From a virus, in IMG/VR virus record IMGVR_UViG_3300049491_000419, positions 1-64,000 of that record: a DNA stretch of 64,000 nt; one strand, 5' to 3'. The position numbers and the translations under genes were made by a program. This document shows, one piece after another, positions 56,970-64,000 of the stretch. Each line of letters opens with the position of its first letter. The first letter of the stretch is position 1. The notes under the pieces were generated by a model. That model was not told the origin of the DNA, did not search any database, and worked only from the letters and a program-made list of their open reading frames with translations.

Positions 56970-58088
56970 ATGGCAAAAAAACTAGATGAGATCTTGAGCG
57001 AAAGCGTTGGACTATCAGAGGATGTCAGAAGCCAGATCGTTGGCTTGTGGGATTCAAAGCTACTCGAAGCACGTGAAGAAGTTGCTGCAACACTCCGTGA
57101 GGAATTTGCACGTAAGTTTGAACATGACAAGGGTGTCTTAACAGAAGCAATTGATCGCTTCCTATCTGACAAGGTTCGCGTCGAACTCGAAGAATTCGCC
57201 GATGACAAGAGAAAACTTGTCGCTGAACGTGTTGCTTACAAGAGCAAGCTGACAGAGCACACAGGAATGCTAAACAAATTCATCACAGAAGCAGTAGCTA
57301 AGGAAATGAAAGAGTTCCATGCTGAAAAGAAGGCCATGAAGGAAAACTTTGGTAAGCTAGAGAACTTCCTGTTGAAGCAACTTGCAGAAGAAATTCGCGA
57401 GTTCCGTGCAGACAAGAAGAGCCTAGTTGAACAAAAGGTCAAAATGGTTACCGAAGGTAAGCAGAAGCTACAAGAAACAAAGGCACAATTCATTAAGCGT
57501 GCAGCTCAAATTGTTGAGTCTAACATTGAGAAGACACTACGTACAGAAATTGGACAGTTCAAGGAAGACATTCGTGTTGCCCGTGAAAACGATTTCGGAC
57601 GCAAGATTTTCGAGAGCGTTGCCGCAGAGTTCATGACTTCGTATTTGAACGAAGGAACTGAGCTTAAGAAGCTACAAAAGGTAGTCGAATCCAAGAACAA
57701 GGAACTTGCAACACTTAACGAATCAGTTAAGAAGAGCAAGGGATTGATGGAAGGTTTGGATACCAAGTTGAAAGCTACTCAAGACCTAGTTGAAAGACAG
57801 AAAGTCATGAGTGAGTTACTAGCACCATTGTCGAAGGACAAGAAAGCTGTAATGAAAGAATTGCTTGAATCGGTTCAGACAAAGAACTTGCAAGGTCAGT
57901 ACAACAAGTATTTGCCAAGCGTTCTAAATGAGGCCGCTGCACGTAAACCTGAATCTGCAAAGACTCAGTTAACAGAGGCGACATTGTCAGCCAAGACAGG
58001 CAACAGAGCGGAGGTCGCTCAAGAGGAAGTTACTGAAGAGAGTTCAGAACTACAACACATTTTGTCCTTAGCCGGAATTAGAAAGTAA
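56970..58088 (+). CDS. gp22: prohead core scaffold protein
   Basis: Long Glu/Lys coiled coil between protease and capsid genes. Confidence 0.8.
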   Translation: MAKKLDEILSESVGLSEDVRSQIVGLWDSKLLEAREEVAATLREEFARKFEHDKGVLTEAIDRFLSDKVRVELEEFADDKRKLVAERVAYKSKLTEHTGMLNKFITEAVAKEMKEFHAEKKAMKENFGKLENFLLKQLAEEIREFRADKKSLVEQKVKMVTEGKQKLQETKAQFIKRAAQIVESNIEKTLRTEIGQFKEDIRVARENDFGRKIFESVAAEFMTSYLNEGTELKKLQKVVESKNKELATLNESVKKSKGLMEGLDTKLKATQDLVERQKVMSELLAPLSKDKKAVMKELLESVQTKNLQGQYNKYLPSVLNEAAARKPESAKTQLTEATLSAKTGNRAEVAQEEVTEESSELQHILSLAGIRK

Positions 58089-58105
58089 TCTAGGAGAATA
58101 CTACA

Positions 58106-59278
58106 ATGGCAACAAAGCTATTTGAATCAAACTGGGGCGCTACAAAAGAAGCCCTATTAGAAGGCCTAAAGGGAACCCGTCGTCAGTCCATGGACGTAGT
58201 GTTTGAAAACACTCGTAGATACTTGGCTGAATCGGCAACCGCAGGCGCAACCCAAGCAGGTAACATCGCTGTACTAAACAAGGTCATGCTACCGCTTATC
58301 CGTCGTGTTATGCCAACAGTTATTGCGAACGAAATCATGGGCGTCCAGCCAATGACCGGTCCAGTTGGACAGATCCACACTTTGCGTGTTCGTTACGCTA
58401 ACACAGCCGCTGGCGTTACAGCTGGTACTGAAGCACTTGGTCCATTCGAAATTGCTAAGGCATATTCGGGTAACGAAGTTGCAGCAGATCCAGGCGCAGC
58501 ATCAACAGCGCGTCTAGAAGGCGTACCTGGTAACAAGCTCAGCATCCAGATCTTGAAGGAAACCGTCGAAGCTAAGACACGTAAGTTGTCAGCTCGTTGG
58601 ACCTTTGAAGCCGCTCAAGATGCAAACGCTATCCACGGTATCGACATCGAAGCAGAAATCATGCAAGCACTTGCACAAGAAATCACTGTTGAAATCGACC
58701 AAGAAATGCTATTCAAGTTGGGTAGCCTAGTTCCAGTCGCACCAACAACCTTCAACCAAGCCGCTGTCTCTGGTACAGCAACATACGTTGGTGATGAAAT
58801 GGCTGCTCTTGCAGTTATGATTAACCAGCAAGCTAACCTTATTGCTGCACGTACACGTCGTGGTGCTGCTAACTGGGCAGTTGTTTCGCCAACAGCGTTG
58901 ACAATTCTTCAGTCTGCAACTACATCTTCGTTCGCACGTACAACAGAAGGTACATTCGAAGCTCCTACAAACACAAAGTTTGTTGGTACTTTGAACAGCA
59001 CAATGCGTGTGTATGTTAACCAATACGCATCTGATGGTGATCCAGTTCTTATCGGCTACAAGGGCCCTACAGAAACTGATGCCGCAGCTTACTACTGCCC
59101 ATACATTCCATTGATGAGCGTTGGTCCAGTTATGGATCCACAGACATTCGAGCCAGTCGTATCGTTCATGACACGTTACGGTTACTTGGAACTAACCAAC
59201 ACAGCTAACAGCTTCGGTAACGCAGCTGACTACCTGTCGAAGGTTGGAATCGATTCGTCGACATTGAAGTTCTATTAA
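58106..59278 (+). CDS. gp23: major capsid protein
   Basis: LIRRVMP..IA..I.GVQPM.GP, EA.TRKL.A.WT.E.AQD, FEP...FMTRYG. Confidence 0.97.
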   Translation: MATKLFESNWGATKEALLEGLKGTRRQSMDVVFENTRRYLAESATAGATQAGNIAVLNKVMLPLIRRVMPTVIANEIMGVQPMTGPVGQIHTLRVRYANTAAGVTAGTEALGPFEIAKAYSGNEVAADPGAASTARLEGVPGNKLSIQILKETVEAKTRKLSARWTFEAAQDANAIHGIDIEAEIMQALAQEITVEIDQEMLFKLGSLVPVAPTTFNQAAVSGTATYVGDEMAALAVMINQQANLIAARTRRGAANWAVVSPTALTILQSATTSSFARTTEGTFEAPTNTKFVGTLNSTMRVYVNQYASDGDPVLIGYKGPTETDAAAYYCPYIPLMSVGPVMDPQTFEPVVSFMTRYGYLELTNTANSFGNAADYLSKVGIDSSTLKFY

Positions 59279-59305
59279 TCCGACTCCAGGATTAGAAAGA
59301 AATTT

Positions 59306-59336
59306 AGGGACCCTCCGGGGTCCCTTTTTGTTTTTC
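59306..59336 (+). terminator. intrinsic terminator after the capsid gene
   Basis: AGGGACCC-TCCG-GGGTCCCT then a T-run. Confidence 0.9.
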
Positions 59337-59369
59337 TGATAAATATATCAATATTGTAAGGATATCAAA

Positions 59370-59705
59370 ATGGCAGTATCAGTGAACTCTGTAAAACTAA
59401 ATTCTGTAAAAATGGGCGCACCCCTTGTAGCACCTACAGGAACATTTACAATTATCCCCGGATCTATTGTAGCTAATGGACTTAGCACAACAACATTTAC
59501 CTGGACTTCGTCCAACGCAACATCTGCTGTCGGAACTCAGTTCTCTGGACCAGATTCTGATAATGATTGGCCGGGAACAAAATCCCTGTCAGGAAACCAA
59601 ATTATAGGAGAAGTTATTCTCCTAACAGGTTTATATGTATATGCGATTACATTTACCGGTCCCGGCGGATCTGTTACATATTATGCTAACCTAACAAGAA
59701 CATAA
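59370..59705 (+). CDS. small Ig-like virion protein (possible head decoration)
   Basis: TTFTWTSSNAT...Y.Y.IT.TGPGG; late promoter at 59337-59345. Confidence 0.6.
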   Translation: MAVSVNSVKLNSVKMGAPLVAPTGTFTIIPGSIVANGLSTTTFTWTSSNATSAVGTQFSGPDSDNDWPGTKSLSGNQIIGEVILLTGLYVYAITFTGPGGSVTYYANLTRT

Positions 59706-59718
59706 TAAGGAATTCAAC

Positions 59719-62409
59719 ATGGCAGTCAGCATTAGAGGTGCATTTCTAAAAGGTCTAAAAATTAGTAGCAGTAGTGGTGGTACTTATTTTATTCTTGATC
59801 ATTTTAATGGAACAGGAAATATTGGAGATCACACCGGTGACAGTGGTGGTACATGGTCTGATGTTGACGTCGGATATACTCAATACATTGTTTCTAATCC
59901 TGAGAACTTTGTTACTGTAGGATTGCCTATTCCTGCAACTCCTGCATTTCAAATTGGCTTAGAGGTTACTCTTGCAATAAAAAATGGTTCTAGATTGATT
60001 GCTGCCGCACGAGCATATGACACATCGGGTGGCGGTTTCTTCACAAGTGATGATAACGGAGTCACGTGGATTAAAAGATACAATCAGAAAACTAATTCGG
60101 CCGGATATCCGCCAAAGTATATTGATATTAACATCGATGGGAATAACCTTTTTGTTACCACAGATGTAACAGGAGAAGGCTTTAGAAGCACAAATAATGG
60201 TACAACTTGGTCAGTAATCGACATATTTTCTTCCTATGCGGTCTCTAATGGATACAATCTTGGGCGCATGGGCACAGATGGTACGACAATATTCTTAACT
60301 GCTGGTTATGTCCAAGATCCAAACATTCCATTCTTCACAAGCATTGATAATGGTCTAAATTGGGCACCGACTGATAATGATGCAATATATCCGCGATATG
60401 ATGTTGCTCCATCATATGTAGGAACAGAATACTCATTTGGACAATACTATACATTTGATAATCAAAATTTTGTCATGTATACCAGTCCTGATGCAGCATC
60501 AAATAACTGGACTGCATACGAAATTGACCTAACAATTAATCCGGAGTTAGCTGGCCACTATGGTGGATCTGCATTAGGGGGATTACTCACCGTCTCAGTC
60601 ACAACACCCGGTAGTGGATACGTAGACGGGACCTATACGAATGTTCCTCTAACAGGTGCAGTATATGGCGTCGGGGCAGAGGCAACAATTGTGGTATCCG
60701 GCGGTGCAGTTACATCGGTAACAGTTACCACCCCGGGAACTAATTATCAATCAAACCCATTCAATCCGGGTAATCCACCATCAGACATACTATCAGCAAA
60801 TAATGCAGACCTCGGTGGTTCGGGATCTGGATTTACGGCAACTGTTCTGACATCGGAATTTGCTGGAGTTACAGTTAACAACGTGTGGCAACTTTCTGCA
60901 GATACATGGATTATTTCTGTTCCAGTGGATTATTCGGGCGGTACAAATTATGGACTATGGAGATTATCAGTAACAACTTCTGGATCACCTGGATCACCTG
61001 GAAAAATTTCAGGGGTTCAAATTTCAGATATACAAGATGATGCACAATTTTCTGGATATGCCCCGGAAATTGATACACAAGGTTCGGGAATTCTTATTAG
61101 TGGCAATTTATTTCTTTCAAAAGGGCAGGGATACACGAATACATATTTGACAACAGCCGCAGATCCGTCAACAGCAGCATCAAACAATCAGATGGCATAC
61201 ACATTTACACCATATGAATGGTATACTGGATTGTGGCTTGCAACAGTATTTCCGGGATATATGTTTTATGATGGTACAACATTGGCTCTCTCCCCGTCCA
61301 GTAATACCACTGTCGGTGATCAAACAATTACTATCGGTACTGGCACACCGCACGGTGCACCACCGGCTGCAATACCAGTTATTCAGACCGTAGAACTTTC
61401 CGGTGGCCAGGCACAGATGCAATCTAGCTATCAGTATGGTATGTATATGCTTTCGTCACTTGTACCGCCTGCCGGGAACTTCTACGTTGAGCTCGATATT
61501 GATATGACAATCACAGCATATAATTACAATATCATATTGATGCCAGTTCAGGGTAGCACACAATACGGACCTCAACTTATCGCATTTTTTGACTCAACAG
61601 GGTATACACCGTATGATAAATATACCACTTCGATGTCATTAATAGCTGAAGATGGTGAGGCAGTATCCTTAATCCCGCTCAATGGCAGTCTGCAAAAGAC
61701 AACCGGAGTTGGTACAAATGGAATTCACACACTAAGGCTTGAAGTAACAAATAGTAATCAAACATTTACATCATTTTTTGATGGAGTTCAACAGGATCAA
61801 CAAATATTCTTAGTTAATGGCGTTGAATATTTTAATATAACTTCTGTAGGTACAGGCTATACATCTGGTACATATCTCGATGTTCCGTTAACTGGTGGAA
61901 CAGGCACAGGGGCAAGAGCAGATTTTGTTATGAGTTTTGGATCTATAGGTGTTATTAATTCTGTAGATACAGGAACAGGTTATGGTGATGGTTTTTATTA
62001 TGATGTTGTTTTAACAGGCGGAACAGGTTCCGGTGCCACAGCTAATTTTCAGGTCTCAACCGGGAATGTTGTTTCTGTAGCGATGCAAACAGCCGGGGAT
62101 GGATACACAGCCGGGGATCATTTATCTGTAAATAATATTGATTTTGGTGGTACTGGTTCCGGTTTTGATCTTCTAGTTGTAAATATTAACGAAGACATTA
62201 CTTTAAACATCACCGACCATGGATCTGGATATAATGTAGCAGATGTAATGAGTGTACTTTCCTCAAATGTCGGGGGTACCGGATCTGGATTTACTGCAAG
62301 CCCGCAACCAGGACAGATGCCAGTGATTGATTCATTTATGATTTTCTATCAACCAGGTACAGATTTCTCAAAGACAGCATTGCTTGATTTACGTGGTGGA
62401 TCATTGTAA
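59719..62409 (+). CDS. multi-domain virion surface protein (BNR/Asp-box repeats, lectin-like parts, Gly-rich modules)
   Basis: SDDNGVTW, STNNGTTW, SIDNGLNW Asp-boxes; three GxGY..G.Y..V.LTG modules. Confidence 0.7.
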   Translation: MAVSIRGAFLKGLKISSSSGGTYFILDHFNGTGNIGDHTGDSGGTWSDVDVGYTQYIVSNPENFVTVGLPIPATPAFQIGLEVTLAIKNGSRLIAAARAYDTSGGGFFTSDDNGVTWIKRYNQKTNSAGYPPKYIDINIDGNNLFVTTDVTGEGFRSTNNGTTWSVIDIFSSYAVSNGYNLGRMGTDGTTIFLTAGYVQDPNIPFFTSIDNGLNWAPTDNDAIYPRYDVAPSYVGTEYSFGQYYTFDNQNFVMYTSPDAASNNWTAYEIDLTINPELAGHYGGSALGGLLTVSVTTPGSGYVDGTYTNVPLTGAVYGVGAEATIVVSGGAVTSVTVTTPGTNYQSNPFNPGNPPSDILSANNADLGGSGSGFTATVLTSEFAGVTVNNVWQLSADTWIISVPVDYSGGTNYGLWRLSVTTSGSPGSPGKISGVQISDIQDDAQFSGYAPEIDTQGSGILISGNLFLSKGQGYTNTYLTTAADPSTAASNNQMAYTFTPYEWYTGLWLATVFPGYMFYDGTTLALSPSSNTTVGDQTITIGTGTPHGAPPAAIPVIQTVELSGGQAQMQSSYQYGMYMLSSLVPPAGNFYVELDIDMTITAYNYNIILMPVQGSTQYGPQLIAFFDSTGYTPYDKYTTSMSLIAEDGEAVSLIPLNGSLQKTTGVGTNGIHTLRLEVTNSNQTFTSFFDGVQQDQQIFLVNGVEYFNITSVGTGYTSGTYLDVPLTGGTGTGARADFVMSFGSIGVINSVDTGTGYGDGFYYDVVLTGGTGSGATANFQVSTGNVVSVAMQTAGDGYTAGDHLSVNNIDFGGTGSGFDLLVVNINEDITLNITDHGSGYNVADVMSVLSSNVGGTGSGFTASPQPGQMPVIDSFMIFYQPGTDFSKTALLDLRGGSL

Positions 62410-62424
62410 ACATAGAAGAAAAAG

Positions 62425-62450
62425 AAAAGCAGCCTTCGGGCTGCTTTTTT
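62425..62450 (+). terminator. intrinsic terminator (possibly bidirectional)
   Basis: AAAAGCAGCC-TTCG-GGCTGCTTTT. Confidence 0.9.
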
Positions 62451-62507
62451 GTGGCCAAGGATATTTGAATCATCTGATAAATATAAGAAACGGTAGGTAT
62501 ACATCTC

Positions 62508-63101
62508 ATGGCACAAAGAGTAATAGTTCAAGACGGAATAGTCTTATATACAGCAAGCGATCCATTGTCTGTCGACATGGATTTCAGTGTGGCCGGCCAA
62601 GTAAACGTCAGCAAACAAGTTAATATCGGTGATGATCTTCTTGCTCCGGGACTTATTGAAACCCCATTAACAAGTGGTGTAGATTTAATCCTAAGAACTC
62701 ACAATGATGGTGGCACCTACGGAAATATTAGACTTGACAGTGCAACCGATGGTAATAGAATTATTCTTAACAATGTTGCATGGCCCGACGGCACTGTTTC
62801 TCCTGTACCCGGTATGTATTTGGGAGTCTCGGCCCTAAATACATTGCAATTCTATACGCTACCTGCTGGATCTACACCTGCATACGAAATTCAATCGGCG
62901 GTTGCAGCACAAACAGTTTTTAATACATTAATTTCGACAATTGCAAATAGTCCGGGTGTTGCCCACCTTCAGGTTTTTGTCAACGGTGTTAAGCAGATTG
63001 AGGGGCTTTCTAAAAATTATCAAGTAACAGGCCCAAACCAAATAACTTTCAACGCAGGTTTACTATTAAGTGACGATGTTGAATTCTATGCATTCCCATA
63101 A
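62508..63101 (+). CDS. virion structural protein with a C-terminal copy of the giant-protein repeat
   Basis: QTVFNT...LQVFVNGVKQIEGLSKNYQVTGPNQITFN; late promoter at 62475-62483. Confidence 0.75.
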   Translation: MAQRVIVQDGIVLYTASDPLSVDMDFSVAGQVNVSKQVNIGDDLLAPGLIETPLTSGVDLILRTHNDGGTYGNIRLDSATDGNRIILNNVAWPDGTVSPVPGMYLGVSALNTLQFYTLPAGSTPAYEIQSAVAAQTVFNTLISTIANSPGVAHLQVFVNGVKQIEGLSKNYQVTGPNQITFNAGLLLSDDVEFYAFP

Positions 63102-63115
63102 AGTAGGATAAATTC

Positions 63116-64000
63116 ATGACACAACAAAAAATTCTAAGCAGTCAGTTGGCAGATTCGGGCGTTGTACCCGGCGCTTACACATCATCTAACGTAACTGTTG
63201 ATGCCGCCGGTAGAATTACAGCAATTGCAAACGGATCAAGTAGTCCAATAATACCATTGAACGAGATACCATATGGTACAGGTTCGGGTATTACATCGGA
63301 GCCGGCATTAACATATAATCCTACCACCAATACAGTTAACGGAACAAATATTATTCTTACAGGTGATGCATTCACACCTGGCACACTTATAGCCAGTAAC
63401 GGTATAAGTACGGTTTCTTATGGTATTCCAAACCGTGGCTATATTTACATGGCACCTAACCTCTATGTAGAGGATATTACCGGTGTTTTATATTTTAATG
63501 GATCGGACAATAATCCAAGAGCGTCAATTGGTTGGGCAGATACCGCTGGCGAATTAAGATATACCGGCACCGGAAACTCATTTGATGGTTATCTTGCAGT
63601 GGGATCAAGCGCCGGGCCCGGCGCTGGCCGAGGAGTATTTACACCTACACTTAAGATATTGAGTACAGGCGGTATTGACGCAAGTGGAGAAGGCACTGCA
63701 GGGCAGGTTCTTACATCGGGCGGTCCGGGTAACCCTCTAACCTGGACAACCGCATCCGGATCTATTTCTGCTCCTGTAAATGAGATTGTATATGGAACCG
63801 GTGCAGGAACAACTTCCGATCCGGCATTTACATATGATTCCGGAACCGATACTCTTACTATTGCGAGTGCAGGACCTGGATTGATCACAACCGATGCCGG
63901 CCAAGCCTTAACAATTCAACCCGGCGGAGCATTAAATCTTTATTCGGGAACCAATCCTACAGGAAGTAATCTAACTATCACTGCCGGTCTTGGATCTGCA
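63116..64000 (+). CDS. tail fibre-like protein, truncated by the window end (not in ORF track)
   Basis: MTQQKILSSQLADSGVVPGAYT..NVTVD..GRIT; internal repeat P.NEI.YGTG.G.TS.PA.TY x2; GTAGQVLTS.G. Confidence 0.75.
   Translation, partial: MTQQKILSSQLADSGVVPGAYTSSNVTVDAAGRITAIANGSSSPIIPLNEIPYGTGSGITSEPALTYNPTTNTVNGTNIILTGDAFTPGTLIASNGISTVSYGIPNRGYIYMAPNLYVEDITGVLYFNGSDNNPRASIGWADTAGELRYTGTGNSFDGYLAVGSSAGPGAGRGVFTPTLKILSTGGIDASGEGTAGQVLTSGGPGNPLTWTTASGSISAPVNEIVYGTGAGTTSDPAFTYDSGTDTLTIASAGPGLITTDAGQALTIQPGGALNLYSGTNPTGSNLTITAGLGSA

Larger units (their letters stand above)
7784..62483. promoter_or_regulatory. dispersed late promoter motif (T)GATAAATA
   Basis: At 7784(+), 18821(-), 20284(-), 21202(-), 32386(-), 36997(-), 43056(-), 48002(+), 50974(+), 51003(-), 54893(+), 59337(+), 62475(+), nearly all just upstream of a correctly oriented start; variant of T4 TATAAATA. 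Confidence 0.85.

Noticed and set aside
21704-63888. Numerous short antisense and alternate-frame ORFs in the track
   Set aside because: Shadows of long well-supported genes; no RBS or motif support (the minus ORFs at 63175-63888 shadow the truncated + strand fibre gene)
1-64000. Complete genome-wide TAG reassignment (code 15)
   Set aside because: Very long late ORFs have no internal TAG under the standard code and some TAGs (9789, 10464) behave as real stops; only partial readthrough is kept as a hypothesis

Overview
64 kb of a large T4-related myovirus genome (host not identifiable from sequence). Left to right: (i) 1-5.3 kb, a tandem, translationally coupled array of about 22 small (58-93 aa) paralogous ORFs sharing a W(L/C) helix and a C-terminal 'F..xED...F(K/R)LxFGL' motif; (ii) 5.3-10.5 kb, accessory genes with sigma70-type promoters (Imm, DEDD exonuclease, GDPD-like); (iii) 10.4-18.8 kb, a minus-strand operon behind a late promoter encoding several glycosyltransferase-fold proteins, two methyltransferases, a radical SAM enzyme, a HAD phosphatase and a nucleotidyltransferase; (iv) 18.9-43 kb, baseplate/tail genes including a 3704-aa protein; (v) gp55 late sigma, gp47/gp46, two nucleases and a GH108 endolysin; (vi) a 670-bp ORF-free, hairpin-dense region; (vii) a gp26-like chaperone with a probable -1 frameshift, tape measure, portal, protease, scaffold, major capsid and decoration/fibre genes. 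The late promoter consensus is (T)GATAAATA. Best candidates for undescribed biology are the paralogue array, the structured non-coding region, the late glycosylation/modification operon and hints of amber readthrough. All assignments are by eye from motifs; no searches were run.
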